A DNA stretch of 64,000 nucleotides from a virus. Its lineage: Duplodnaviria > Caudoviricetes. Below, one piece after another: positions 8,935 to 20,150 of the stretch (positions are counted from its first letter, which is position 1; each line of letters opens with the position of its first letter). Location of the stretch: the IMG/VR virus record IMGVR_UViG_3300019378_000009, positions 45,429 to 109,428 of that record. The stretch is one strand, 5' to 3'. The notes beneath the pieces are model-generated. The model was given only the letters and a program-made list of their open reading frames with translations, had not been told where the DNA came from and made no database searches. Both the position numbers and the translations under genes were made by a program.

Positions 8935-11539
8935 ATATAGATTTAATTAATTTTGCCAATATGCTTTGGTAACGACTAGGTTGTTCTACTGTTACTGTAT
9001 CTTTTAGGGGCTCTCGTAATATTCTATTAATACCAACTACCCGTATCTCGTCAGTGAAAATTTTATCTAAGATTTCAGCAGCAGTAACTGAAGTTTCTTT
9101 ATCTATATTATTAATATATTTATAATAATCTACTAGTTCTTCTTGTAAGTTTTCTAAGTCCCCCTCTAATTGAGCAAGTTGTTCTTTTTGACCTTGTTTA
9201 AGAGCGTACTCATAAAGTGCCGTTGCTTTTTCTATTCTATTAGTAATATAATTATAAGGAATGGCATTTAAACTATCTTTATTATAAACTTGTATTACGC
9301 TACCAACAGAAAGTCGAGGTAAGGCAATGCGTTCTAACATACCAATATCTAACACTGTTAAAGAATGTGATTCTTTTATTTTATTTATGTCTGCAAAATG
9401 AGTTACTGCTTGATTATATAAGCTAATTGAATTTAATTCATCTGTATTACTATAAGTTTGCTCATAAATATATTGTCCATAATTTTGATACAAAATTTTA
9501 AAGACTTGTTGATTAATTTGTGTTTGTATTGTGTCGAACTTATTTTTAATACCATTAGAACTGATTGTTTCTGGTTTAGGTGCATATTTATTTATTAAAG
9601 AGACAATTAATTCATATGCTCCTGGCGCAAAATCTCTATTGATTTTAAAAGAGAAACGAGAACATAAAGTTTGAGCAGTTTTAATTAGTCCTGTATAATA
9701 TACATACTCTTCATTAAAATTATCGCCGTCTTCCACAGAATACAATTCTAAAATTTTGCTTTGATACATATTAATGTGTTCTTGAGTATCATTTATAAGT
9801 TTTAAGAAATAACTACTAAAAACAGAAGAGTTATTAGGTATATCTAATTCATCAGAATAACCTAATTTTTGTATAATATCAAAATATTTAGAATTTTTAA
9901 TAACATTTTCTAAATCAAGCATAGTTTTACTGATATTATTTAAATAAGTATCCCAGGATGTGTCTCTAGCCTTTTTATTAGAATTTAATTCTTCCTCATA
10001 AGCAGAGCAAGCAGCTGCATAATTTTCTGCATAACTAATAAACATTTGTCGCAATTTGAACAATTTTCCTGTATAAGTATATAATTCTTCAGAATAATAC
10101 TGAAGCTGTATGTTTAAATTACGATATGTTGTGTGTATTAATGAGTTTAAATACTCCCAATCATTTATACTCATTTTTCCACGAAAAGGAGAAAAATCTA
10201 TTAAAAATTGTCCTAAATAGTCATTCTTTTGTGTTATAGAAAAAAATTCTTTTAATTCATTTTCTATTTGCGTTTTTACTTTTTGCCGATATTCTACTAT
10301 ATCTGTGTTATTTTGATAAATGGTTGCAGAAATATTATTACTATCTAATTGTCCATTAAGATAGTATTGTAATTCTACATCATATAAGGTATTATTATTC
10401 ACTACATACCCTTCTACTCCAAAAGGATTATTTGCCTCTGGATTAATTGGAAATGTATACAAATGATAAGAAGAATTTGTTTTGGAGACAGTCTCAAATG
10501 AAATTTCTCCAAGATATTGTCCTTTAGTATCATTATAGCGGACAATATATGTTGCTTTATCCATTAATTCTGTTTCTTTATTTGCGCCAATTGTGCATCG
10601 AACAATAGGAACAAAAGCGGCAGAAGGAGTATAATTTTTTATCATATCACTAACCGCGCCTTCAATATCATTCCAATTTGCAAATTGCCCTCCGTTTGAT
10701 ATTGTATCTGCTATATATCTTTTTACAAAGGTCGGCAAAGGAGGTACCATAGTAATTTGTTTTTCATCTGCATCTGTTCCTCCAGATACGTGTAATATAG
10801 TAGTTAATTCTGTACCCTCATAAGAGGACGTGTAATTATGCAAGTTGTATTCCGGAGCATAACGATAACCTGAAAAAGTTTTATTTTTATAATCAACAAA
10901 ATCTAACAGCCTTGTGTTATAATTTACAATTAATTCTGCACCTACTATATTGCAAGCTTCTATGATGGCGTTATAAGGATTACTATTGTTTATTTCAAAA
11001 GTAAATTTTTTAGATGGCAAAGTTAAATCTTGAGTTTGAGAGGTTACAGACCATTTGTAATCTAAAAAGTTATCTTTTAAAATTTCTCGCGTAATTTGAT
11101 AAATATTTTTAGGTTGTAATAAATCTGAGTTAGATGCATTAATAGTCGAATAACTATAATTTATATTGTGCTTTGCCCATAAATATGTTATTTCATCTTC
11201 TGCAGTAATGTTTAATATAGAATTAAGTTCAGAATTTTCTGGTTGTATGTCTTTTATAATTAGTTCTATTTTTTTTTGTTGGTCTATAATTATATACATG
11301 CGGGCGCCGATAAAATAATACGACAACAAAGGATTACTAGATAAAATATTTACGCCAGAAGCTTCATCTTTAAGCATTTGTTTAGCAACTAAAGAAAAAT
11401 TTAAGGTATATTGGCTATGTTTACCTTCATTTAATTGCTCATTATAAGTTGAAAATTGTAAAGTTTCATTATTGTTTATGGGAGAGGAGACTGGTATCCA
11501 ATCTCCTCCTACATCTAAAAATATAGTAAACTCTCTCAT
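8933..11539 (-). CDS. Tail tip / baseplate hub (Tal-like) protein
   Basis: 868 aa, last gene of the tail operon; NPYNAIIE...YNLHNYT...TILHVSGG pattern resembles siphophage tail-tip proteins. Confidence 0.6.
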   Translation of the reverse strand: MREFTIFLDVGGDWIPVSSPINNNETLQFSTYNEQLNEGKHSQYTLNFSLVAKQMLKDEASGVNILSSNPLLSYYFIGARMYIIIDQQKKIELIIKDIQPENSELNSILNITAEDEITYLWAKHNINYSYSTINASNSDLLQPKNIYQITREILKDNFLDYKWSVTSQTQDLTLPSKKFTFEINNSNPYNAIIEACNIVGAELIVNYNTRLLDFVDYKNKTFSGYRYAPEYNLHNYTSSYEGTELTTILHVSGGTDADEKQITMVPPLPTFVKRYIADTISNGGQFANWNDIEGAVSDMIKNYTPSAAFVPIVRCTIGANKETELMDKATYIVRYNDTKGQYLGEISFETVSKTNSSYHLYTFPINPEANNPFGVEGYVVNNNTLYDVELQYYLNGQLDSNNISATIYQNNTDIVEYRQKVKTQIENELKEFFSITQKNDYLGQFLIDFSPFRGKMSINDWEYLNSLIHTTYRNLNIQLQYYSEELYTYTGKLFKLRQMFISYAENYAAACSAYEEELNSNKKARDTSWDTYLNNISKTMLDLENVIKNSKYFDIIQKLGYSDELDIPNNSSVFSSYFLKLINDTQEHINMYQSKILELYSVEDGDNFNEEYVYYTGLIKTAQTLCSRFSFKINRDFAPGAYELIVSLINKYAPKPETISSNGIKNKFDTIQTQINQQVFKILYQNYGQYIYEQTYSNTDELNSISLYNQAVTHFADINKIKESHSLTVLDIGMLERIALPRLSVGSVIQVYNKDSLNAIPYNYITNRIEKATALYEYALKQGQKEQLAQLEGDLENLQEELVDYYKYINNIDKETSVTAAEILDKIFTDEIRVVGINRILREPLKDTVTVEQPSRYQSILAKLIKSI

Positions 11540-11545
11540 TTTCGT

Positions 11546-12616
11546 TTACTCCTCTTCTTGAATATCGGATTGTGAAGTATTATTAATATTATTATTATGT
11601 AAAAAGTACACCTCACATCTTAAATCTCCACCAGAAATATTGGAAATATCCGCAGTTATTGTGAATGTTTCCTCTCCAGTATTTGGATCTATGTCTTTTG
11701 CCCAAGAAAAAGCAACAAATGCTGATATAAAGGGATTAACCGCTTCTTCGCCTGGAGTATCTTCTGACGGAGGTTCTTGGTAAAACCAATTAATTTGAGG
11801 CGAAGAAAGATTATCTACTGCAGATATAGGTCCAATTATAATCGTCCATTGATTTCCTTCCTTGCTGGATTTATCATTTGTGGCTTCAGATAACAGAAAG
11901 GTATTGAAACTTCCCATACCAATGGTAGGCAATTTATATTCAAGAAGAGATTTCTTTCTAAACCAATCTACATAATTTTGTTTATCAAATTGTAATAAAT
12001 AAGGTTCATCCCTTGGCATTATGGGAGTATAATATTCATTAGATGAAGGATATTTCTTAAAATTAATAGTCAAGTTGTCGCCATAAATAGAACCAAATTC
12101 TGGTACTGGAACTATCAAATCACCACGCACAAAATTTTCAAATATCGAATCGAAAGGGCTTTCTTGTTTGTCGGCAAGGTCTTCATAATTAATTTCAGAT
12201 TGATAATCGTTATCAAAACCCACCACATATGCACCAACAAAAGTTGGTATAGCAGGTCGCCATGAAGATTCTGGTACTGCGGATAAATAATATGTCTTAG
12301 ATGGAGTCGTAATTACGCTTTCCCGAATTGAATTGTCCTTCTTATAATAACGCAATATATAAGATCCTGTCGGAAGTGTAACTCCATTTTCTGTTATTTC
12401 CTTCGACAGACAACTAATTATTACAAAATATTGTTCTTCATCAACTTTAATATACGGAACATTGGCGCCTATTAAATACTGGAGAGTATTCATATTATTA
12501 TAAATCTTGTTTATTTCATCTCCAATAATATTAAAATTTTGATTAACGGCTCTTCCCCAGTTTCCACTTTGCCCAATAATTGGCAACTGTAGGCCTATTT
12601 TATTAATTGATGCCAT
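11546..12616 (-). CDS. Putative minor tail / receptor-binding protein
   Basis: N-terminal LQLP...WG..VNQNFNII anchor-like motif; lies between Dit-like and Tal-like genes. Confidence 0.5.
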   Translation of the reverse strand: MASINKIGLQLPIIGQSGNWGRAVNQNFNIIGDEINKIYNNMNTLQYLIGANVPYIKVDEEQYFVIISCLSKEITENGVTLPTGSYILRYYKKDNSIRESVITTPSKTYYLSAVPESSWRPAIPTFVGAYVVGFDNDYQSEINYEDLADKQESPFDSIFENFVRGDLIVPVPEFGSIYGDNLTINFKKYPSSNEYYTPIMPRDEPYLLQFDKQNYVDWFRKKSLLEYKLPTIGMGSFNTFLLSEATNDKSSKEGNQWTIIIGPISAVDNLSSPQINWFYQEPPSEDTPGEEAVNPFISAFVAFSWAKDIDPNTGEETFTITADISNISGGDLRCEVYFLHNNNINNTSQSDIQEEE

Positions 12617-13981
12617 TTATATAACCTCCGTATATTGTCTAATAGTTAAAGTGCCTTGAAAATTAGGCGTATAATTAGCACTTTCTTCTGCTGTTTCAAT
12701 ACTATTTAAAGTATTATACACATCTAGTATTGAAGGTATTACATAATATTCACAACCATGTTCAATAACAACTTCTGAATAAAAACCAAAATAACATTCC
12801 TCACTACCAATAACATCTGTATAAGAAAAATCTTCAGTACATTCCGTGTCATATAAAATAAAACAATTAGATGTTTGTGTTGGATAAGGATTAATTGCTT
12901 TAAAATCACCGATGTTTGAAAAATATTGAGTATTACTATCAAAAGTTCCAGGTTTACATAAAAACCAATTATAAGCAGTAGAAACCAACTGCTTAAAGTG
13001 TTCTTCTCCTTCAATTAAAATTGGCTTTCCAGGAGACTGCAATACTAAAGGAGAATAATTATATTGATTATTTATAACTTTCATTAAACCATTAAAATTA
13101 GCTTGTTGTGGCAATATATTATTGATAAAAAATAAATTAGAAGGGCTATTATATTGAATAACCTGTCTATCTCTAATTGAATTTTCTTTTAGTGTAAAAG
13201 ATAGTGTGCTTATAAAATCATAACCTATTTTATCTTGTTTTATATCTAAGTTTAATTTATACAATCCTGCTATATAATTTTCCTTTTCATCAGAGCCATA
13301 TGATACTCTATAATAAAATTCCGCCGAATCATCCCCTAAAAAATTAATTCTATAATGATAAGTTGTTTTTTTATCTGTAGTAACTCTATCATAAAGGACT
13401 ACAGAAGGTAAAACAAGATTATTATTAAAAGCACCATCACAATTTTCTATCAATGCAAATTGATTTTCTTCAAGTTCTTGTTCTTTTAAATAAAATTCAT
13501 TTTGAGCTGAATCAAAGTCTAATATAGCATCCATAGCATTACGTGCATAAGGAGAGGTTGTAGTAATAAAAGTAATTTCAAAACTTGCCACAAAAGTGTT
13601 ATTATCTTGCTCATAAAGATTTGGATCTGAAACGCTATTAATTACAACATCAAATTCCCAATCTTGTGTAAAATCCATTTTAAAATTACCTTGCGCGCCA
13701 GCTTTAAGCCAATGCATCATATTTATTATTTGTGCTCTTGTTAAACCCGAGGCCATTAACACGAGCGGGAACTCACGCTGGGGGCGTGTAACCCCCAAAA
13801 CGTGCTGTCCTTTTTGATATTGAGAAGAAACTAAATCAACTTGCGCACCAGTAGAAACATATAGTTTTAAATCATCAATATCGTTTTGAATAACTAAGTT
13901 GTATTCAGATGAATGTATATTATCAAAAGTGAAAAACATATATTCGTCATAATAGAAAAAATCATTTCTTGGTGTTAACAT
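12617..13981 (-). CDS. Distal tail protein (Dit-like)
   Basis: FTFDNIHSSEYNL start, MHWL and SPYA motifs; directly downstream of the tape measure gene. Confidence 0.7.
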   Translation of the reverse strand: MLTPRNDFFYYDEYMFFTFDNIHSSEYNLVIQNDIDDLKLYVSTGAQVDLVSSQYQKGQHVLGVTRPQREFPLVLMASGLTRAQIINMMHWLKAGAQGNFKMDFTQDWEFDVVINSVSDPNLYEQDNNTFVASFEITFITTTSPYARNAMDAILDFDSAQNEFYLKEQELEENQFALIENCDGAFNNNLVLPSVVLYDRVTTDKKTTYHYRINFLGDDSAEFYYRVSYGSDEKENYIAGLYKLNLDIKQDKIGYDFISTLSFTLKENSIRDRQVIQYNSPSNLFFINNILPQQANFNGLMKVINNQYNYSPLVLQSPGKPILIEGEEHFKQLVSTAYNWFLCKPGTFDSNTQYFSNIGDFKAINPYPTQTSNCFILYDTECTEDFSYTDVIGSEECYFGFYSEVVIEHGCEYYVIPSILDVYNTLNSIETAEESANYTPNFQGTLTIRQYTEVI

Positions 13982-16900
13982 TTAATCCCCTCTCTTGAAT
14001 TACTTTAGCAAACTCTTGCGCTAAAATACTTCCGGCTTTCTTAAAGTCTTGATTATTATTTAAATTATTGGTTTGTATAACAATTGAACCAATAGAAATA
14101 GAATTGGAGTCGCCATCAATGTTTTGCATAGCTTTTGTAGGAGAATATGCAAGTCCATCTAGCATATGTCGTATTAATAAAGTATCATCTGCACTTAAGA
14201 ACGCTTCTGGTTTAGATGGAGTTCCATCTACCCAAGCAAGACCTGTATAGTTCACCAATCCACCAGATGCATTTTGAGTTGTTTCACCCAAGTCAATATA
14301 TTTATCAACATTAAAATTAGGATCATTTACAATTGTATCAATCATTGTATCAATGTGAGTAATTTTATCTTCAATCGTTTTTAATGCTTTATCTCGTATC
14401 TCTTGCTTCCGAGCATCTGCTGCTTCCTCATCCAGTTCAGATAATTGTTGCAATAAGTCTTTCTGCATGCTCTTAGTAGAGCTTCCAAAACCACTGCTTA
14501 ATGCTGCAATTTGTTTTACTAAAGATTCTCGTTTGGTTTCACGCTCTTGCTCTTCTTGTAAAGCATCCAGTTTATCAAAATAATTAGAATAATTATTTGA
14601 CATTTTTTCAAGCAAATCTTTCTCTTGTTCATAGTAATCTTGCAGTACCTGTTTCTGTCCTTCGATTGCATTTTCACTATATTCAGATGCCTTTTTAAGA
14701 AGATCAATATTGGTATCATACCATGCAACAATACTGCTATCAATGACACCCTTTTCTGCTGCCGCTACCATTGCCGCTCTATCTTCTATCCAGTTACCTT
14801 CTGCATCCTGGAACAACAAACCGTTCTCTGTAAGAACTTTATATTCAGACTGCTGAGTAAAAGCCTCTAGTTGTTTCTTTTGTTTTTCATATAACATTAA
14901 CAACTCTTGAGCATCTTCAAGTTCTAGCTGGTCTGCGGCTGCGATTGCATCTTGTACTTTTTGAATTTCTTTTTGCAACTTCAATTGCTCAAGTTCTTCT
15001 TTGGTAAGTGCTGCCGCATCTTTCCATGCCTGTGAATTATATAGCCAGGCATATTTCATAAGCTCCTGTTGCTGTTTTAAATACTCCAATTCAGCTTGCG
15101 CCATGCGTCGTTTTTCATCAGTATCAGCAAGCTCTAATGCACCTTGAACTTTTTGCATTTCAAATTGCCAGTCTTTTAATGCTTTTTCTGTAGCCTTTGT
15201 AGTTAAATCATCTCTGTTTAAAGTGCCCGCAAAAAATGCCTTAACATTATCAGGATCTTGAAAAAACTCTGCATTTTCTCTTTGTAGGGCGGCTAAATCA
15301 ATGTTACTTAATTCACCCATAGCATATTTTTTGGAAGCTTCTATGATGTCATCATAAGAAGAATACTCTCTTACATAGTCTTCAAGCACATCTTGAGGAG
15401 TGGAGCCGATTATATCCATTAATAAATTAATAACATCTTGCTTTTTAAACTCATCATTGGATGCTGCAAGTGCCAACATGAAACTGTCTGCTGTTCCATC
15501 AGAAGAGGCGAAAGCGTTTGCTAACAATTGTTTGGTTTGATCTTCTGTCATCTTATGTTGTTCTAGCATGTAGTTGTATAATTCACCAAGCTCTACGCCA
15601 GTAAAGCCCCAATCAGACATGACACCAAGAGCCGCATCGCCTTTTTGACCCAACATGCCCATTAAATCAGCTACACGTTCATATTCTGCATAAACAGCAT
15701 TAAAAGCTTTCTTGGCAGACTCTGGAATTTCCTTAACGGCATCATTGTATGCATCCATTTGCTCTTGTAAGCCTTCGCCATTTGCCTTAATCATTTTTAA
15801 CACGCCTTCTTGCAATTCCCCTATGTTATCTTCTGATGCGGCAAAGGATCTAAATTCCGCCTCTTCCATAGTGTTTATAGTAGATTCTATAGCGTTTGCG
15901 GCGTTTTGTAATTGTACGGCAGTATAATTGGCACTTTCTTTTTCTAGCTCCATAAAAGCCTTATCTATATAAGCGGCTTTAATACTATCATTATAATCGC
16001 CTTTTTGTATACTTGTCTGTGCCTGTGTAAAAGCTTCATTTGTTAAATTTGCTATATCTTCGGCAGCTTGCTTTGCTTCTGCGGTGACTTTAGTCCAATT
16101 AACCGAGCCGTCTTCGTTCATGTAGTTATTTTCATCAGTAGATAAAGAAGAAATTTCTCCAGCAAGTTCTTCTAAGCGCTTATAATCTTCTTCAGTTTTA
16201 TAAGTTTTTGAACTTAATAATTGATATTCTTTTGATATAGCAGAAAGATTTTGCTCTTTTACTTTAGCATCATATAGTTTCTCTTGTTTGTGTTCTAGCT
16301 GTCGTTGTCTACCCGCTTCGGTTTTATTGTCGCGCTCTTCTCTTCTGCGCATACGTCTATCTTCTCGACTTCGTTTACGTCGTTCTCGGTCTGCTTGTCT
16401 GTCTGCTTTTCTTTCTGCGGCTTTCTCGGTATTTCCAGTAAGCCTTTTTATAGTATTAGCAAGCCACGGAATAGTATCTTGGAGCCAGTTCATAAATCTT
16501 TCTCCAATTTCTTGAGTGTCAGCAAGATATTCATTAAAAACACGAAAACCATCTGCTAATTCTTGTAAAAACTCTGCTGCAACCTGTAAGCCAGGACTCA
16601 ATCTTTTAAATATATTAAAATAATTAAGAACTCCACCTACAAGATTAATTAGATTAGCAACAAAATTAATTGCTTCAAAAATTATATCTATAATTGGCGG
16701 CAAAAATTTCATAACTGCGCCAAATATCCATGTTATTGCTTCTACAATTAGACCAAGTGCTGGATTCACTGCAAGCACAATGCGAATTATATCGGAAAAA
16801 GCATCAAATATTTTTCCAAGAAAAACCAAAAGCTTTGGAATTAAAGACAAATAATCTTTTAATGAACCGCCCATATCTTTGAAATGAGAAAATGCTCGTT

Positions 16901-19721
16901 CAAGAAGATAAAACACAGCTTCTATAATTAAACCAATCCATGTTAAAGAACTTTGTGCGGCTTTCAAAATACCTTTAAAAATGCCTTTGAATCCTGCTTC
17001 AGCTCCCTCTTTAAGTGTTTTACCAAAAAGCTTAGGAAAGAATTTACCAAAAATTTTAGTAATCCATTCTGCAATATCATCCCATAGTTTACCAAAAATA
17101 TTTTTAGTAGTTTTAGTAACTTTTTTACCACCTTTAGCAATATCTACTAATACATCGTCAACAACTTGTGCAGGAGCCGACAACGACGCTTGAGGTTTTA
17201 CTTTTGCTTTTATTTTAAATGAACGATTGGCCTGTTTTTTAATAATAGATTTAGAGGCCTGCTCTACAATCTCTTCGCTGCTCTCTTTATTAATAAGAGA
17301 GGCAGTGCTAGAAGCAGTAATTACTGAAGTATTAGAACCTACATTTAAACCAGCACTTTGTTTCTGTGCTGCTTGCAACTTTCTCTCTGCTGCTATTTTA
17401 CGCTCAGTATTTCTTAAATAATCATCTGTTTCTTTATCATGTACATTACCAACGTCGACCATAATATCGCCAGTTTCTGCAATTCCTTGTTGCAACTGAT
17501 TTTCTGCGACTTGCTCTTTGGCAATATTTTCAGTTATTACAACTTGTGTTTCTGTAGACGCTTTTTGCTTTTCTTTCTCGGTTTTAATTTCTTTTTTGCC
17601 AACAACTATCTTGCTTTTAATTAGTTCAACAACTTTAGAAATATTTGTGCCCCATTCTGCTAACTTTGAAGTAATTTGCATTGCAAAGATGGGTGTCAAA
17701 ACCGCTCCTATGCCCACAACAACTGCACCCAAGATTTCAGTGTGGTTACTTACATATTCTAAACCAGAAGATATTTTATCTAAAGTGTCTATAAATACAT
17801 CGCTATTAGTAACAGTAGTAATCAATTGCTGGAAACTAGTAGTCAATCTGGTGCTAGCAGCTTCCAAACCTTCCATATACTTTCTATGTTGGGCCATAGT
17901 TGCGCCTGCAGAAGTCATTGAAATGTTTAACAATTCTTCCGTACGGCCAAAATCTTGCATCATTGCAATTAAACGCGACTGTTGACGTGTACCAGCCAAT
18001 GCCACAGTAACATTTGCTTGTTGGTTTCTATTTAAATCATCCCATTTGTGTCCAACTTCGGTCAAAACAAGCTCCAAATCTCTGAATTGACCATTTTGAT
18101 CCATCAAAGAAACACCTATATTGTCTAAAGCTTTTTGTACTCGGTTTACATCTACGCCATCTTCTAAAGTTGCACCATAGTCAGTTAATTCTCTCATACG
18201 AGAAATAACTGTCTTCAACGCTGTACCGATGGTTTCCGGTGCTTCCTGTGTTACTTCTATGCCTTTTGCAAGCAATCCAAGAGTAAAGTCCATAGACATG
18301 CCGGCAAGATTGGCCTGAGCCGCGACCTTACTTAAAGCCACAGCTAGTCCTTCATAGTCAGTAGCAGATGCAGCCGCAAGCGCCGCAAACTTATCAGAAA
18401 CTTCCATAGCCTGTTCCGCAGACATTTGGAAACCGTTCATGGCATTGGTCAACAACTCTATAGAACGAGTACCATCAATACCTGCGATTCTAGCAGCCTT
18501 TGCTGCCGCCTCAGTTAATACAAGAGCATCCTGTAAAGTTTTACCCTGTTGCAAATACTTTGTTGTCATATCTGCAATCTGAGTTGTGGTCATACCAGTT
18601 TGCTTTGCAAGATCTTGTAGTGTACCAACAAGTTGCCACGCCTGTTCACGCGACAACGATGTAACGACAGTCATATCAGTCAATGCTTTATCCATTTCCG
18701 TAATGGTTGCTTTAACTTGATTAACTACTCGTTTAAAACCGTTTAAAATTACACGATAAGATATAAAATTTAATGCTGCTTTGGTAATTACATTACCATT
18801 TCTTCCCAAGGCTTCATTAAACTCATCTAGTGCCTGTTTATTTTCTTCTGTTTCTATTTTTGCCTTTTTAGCTTCTGCAACATTGGCTTTTGTGGCACTA
18901 GTGTGCTTTTTAAGATCGTCAATTGCCTCAGTCATGGGTAATAGATAAGATGGCGCTCTTTCATTGCTACTTGAGAGCGTCTCTTTTCTTGTTTCTTTTA
19001 AAACTGCTACTTGTTTTTGTAGTTCACTATATGCTTTTTGTTCTTTTTGTAATTTTTGAACTACTTCCGCACTTTCTGTTTCTACTAAATCTGTATAAGT
19101 TTTATAAACTTTCGCAATAGCTTCCCATTCTGTTCCTGCAATCTTTGCAGGAGCCTGAGACATGGCAGCAGTTATGGTAGCCGCAGAAGATACATTCTTA
19201 CCAGTTAATGGATTAAGAACAGAGCCTCCATGCTGCTCTACTGCTTTGGTCATTAGATTTTTACTTGTTTTTGCCGTAGGTGTGTAACCACCATCAGCTT
19301 GTTTGTTCCAACCACGAACCAAATCTCGTTGTTTTTGAATACTTATGCTTACTTTCTTTTGTAAATCATCGTATTTTTTATCAATGGCATCTAGTTCAGA
19401 TTGTAATGCGCCAGATATGGTTTTAGAGGTAAAAATTCTACCAAGTTCCTTAATTTGAGAAACTACGCCTGTTAAGGTTTTGCCTAATACCGCATACTCT
19501 TTTTCACTAACTTCTCCCGTTGCAGACATTTTAGATTGCATATCTCCCAACAGGCCGTCGATGGTTTTTAAGACTGCGGCTAGTTTATTTGCCTCTGCTC
19601 CTTCTAACTTAACTTCTCCGCCATTTTGTATTTGTTTAAAAATGCCAGCAACTTTTTGCAAGTCTTGCATTTCGGCGGAAATTTTAACTTTTATTTCTTT
19701 TTTAGTAGTGTTCGCTGACAT
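13962..19721 (-). CDS. Tail tape measure protein
   Basis: 1919 aa, helical and Ala-rich; TP901-type core (ETIGTALKTVISR, AGTRQQSRLIAMM), hydrophobic block, ASGGL...VDGTPSKPEAFL C-terminus. Confidence 0.93.
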   Translation of the reverse strand: MSANTTKKEIKVKISAEMQDLQKVAGIFKQIQNGGEVKLEGAEANKLAAVLKTIDGLLGDMQSKMSATGEVSEKEYAVLGKTLTGVVSQIKELGRIFTSKTISGALQSELDAIDKKYDDLQKKVSISIQKQRDLVRGWNKQADGGYTPTAKTSKNLMTKAVEQHGGSVLNPLTGKNVSSAATITAAMSQAPAKIAGTEWEAIAKVYKTYTDLVETESAEVVQKLQKEQKAYSELQKQVAVLKETRKETLSSSNERAPSYLLPMTEAIDDLKKHTSATKANVAEAKKAKIETEENKQALDEFNEALGRNGNVITKAALNFISYRVILNGFKRVVNQVKATITEMDKALTDMTVVTSLSREQAWQLVGTLQDLAKQTGMTTTQIADMTTKYLQQGKTLQDALVLTEAAAKAARIAGIDGTRSIELLTNAMNGFQMSAEQAMEVSDKFAALAAASATDYEGLAVALSKVAAQANLAGMSMDFTLGLLAKGIEVTQEAPETIGTALKTVISRMRELTDYGATLEDGVDVNRVQKALDNIGVSLMDQNGQFRDLELVLTEVGHKWDDLNRNQQANVTVALAGTRQQSRLIAMMQDFGRTEELLNISMTSAGATMAQHRKYMEGLEAASTRLTTSFQQLITTVTNSDVFIDTLDKISSGLEYVSNHTEILGAVVVGIGAVLTPIFAMQITSKLAEWGTNISKVVELIKSKIVVGKKEIKTEKEKQKASTETQVVITENIAKEQVAENQLQQGIAETGDIMVDVGNVHDKETDDYLRNTERKIAAERKLQAAQKQSAGLNVGSNTSVITASSTASLINKESSEEIVEQASKSIIKKQANRSFKIKAKVKPQASLSAPAQVVDDVLVDIAKGGKKVTKTTKNIFGKLWDDIAEWITKIFGKFFPKLFGKTLKEGAEAGFKGIFKGILKAAQSSLTWIGLIIEAVFYLLERAFSHFKDMGGSLKDYLSLIPKLLVFLGKIFDAFSDIIRIVLAVNPALGLIVEAITWIFGAVMKFLPPIIDIIFEAINFVANLINLVGGVLNYFNIFKRLSPGLQVAAEFLQELADGFRVFNEYLADTQEIGERFMNWLQDTIPWLANTIKRLTGNTEKAAERKADRQADRERRKRSREDRRMRRREERDNKTEAGRQRQLEHKQEKLYDAKVKEQNLSAISKEYQLLSSKTYKTEEDYKRLEELAGEISSLSTDENNYMNEDGSVNWTKVTAEAKQAAEDIANLTNEAFTQAQTSIQKGDYNDSIKAAYIDKAFMELEKESANYTAVQLQNAANAIESTINTMEEAEFRSFAASEDNIGELQEGVLKMIKANGEGLQEQMDAYNDAVKEIPESAKKAFNAVYAEYERVADLMGMLGQKGDAALGVMSDWGFTGVELGELYNYMLEQHKMTEDQTKQLLANAFASSDGTADSFMLALAASNDEFKKQDVINLLMDIIGSTPQDVLEDYVREYSSYDDIIEASKKYAMGELSNIDLAALQRENAEFFQDPDNVKAFFAGTLNRDDLTTKATEKALKDWQFEMQKVQGALELADTDEKRRMAQAELEYLKQQQELMKYAWLYNSQAWKDAAALTKEELEQLKLQKEIQKVQDAIAAADQLELEDAQELLMLYEKQKKQLEAFTQQSEYKVLTENGLLFQDAEGNWIEDRAAMVAAAEKGVIDSSIVAWYDTNIDLLKKASEYSENAIEGQKQVLQDYYEQEKDLLEKMSNNYSNYFDKLDALQEEQERETKRESLVKQIAALSSGFGSSTKSMQKDLLQQLSELDEEAADARKQEIRDKALKTIEDKITHIDTMIDTIVNDPNFNVDKYIDLGETTQNASGGLVNYTGLAWVDGTPSKPEAFLSADDTLLIRHMLDGLAYSPTKAMQNIDGDSNSISIGSIVIQTNNLNNNQDFKKAGSILAQEFAKVIQERGLNVNTKK

Positions 19722-19729
19722 TTGTCACC

Positions 19730-20140
19730 TCACTTTTTCAAACTCTCCTGAAAGCTTGTAAGAATAGATTTAAATTCATTTTGTAAATCAGGAAGTTCTA
19801 CTTCTTGCATTTGTTCTGCTATATATGTTGAAAAATTTTCAATTAAATCTTTAATCGACTCTTCGTCTATGCTTAAGATTATATCTGTTATTACACTACC
19901 TAGAATTCCATAGTTACCCTTAGAAAATTCACTAAATAAGGTAGAATTGCCCATACGAGAAATAGCAGTCAATCCTTCTAAACAGTAGGCTAAATACAAC
20001 TTCTGTAAAGACATATGTGTAGTTTTGTAAAATTGTGATTTTTTATAATTCTTTTTCTGTTGTTTAAGAAAGACAGTTCTTTCCAAACAATCCATATTGT
20101 TGGCTTTTGCCAACATTTCTTTAATTTCTAAATTTGTCAT
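19730..20140 (-). CDS. Hypothetical protein (tail assembly chaperone position)
   Basis: ATG at 20140 after GGAGA; immediately upstream of the tape measure gene. Confidence 0.5.
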   Translation of the reverse strand: MTNLEIKEMLAKANNMDCLERTVFLKQQKKNYKKSQFYKTTHMSLQKLYLAYCLEGLTAISRMGNSTLFSEFSKGNYGILGSVITDIILSIDEESIKDLIENFSTYIAEQMQEVELPDLQNEFKSILTSFQESLKK

Positions 20141-20150
20141 AAGCTTCTCC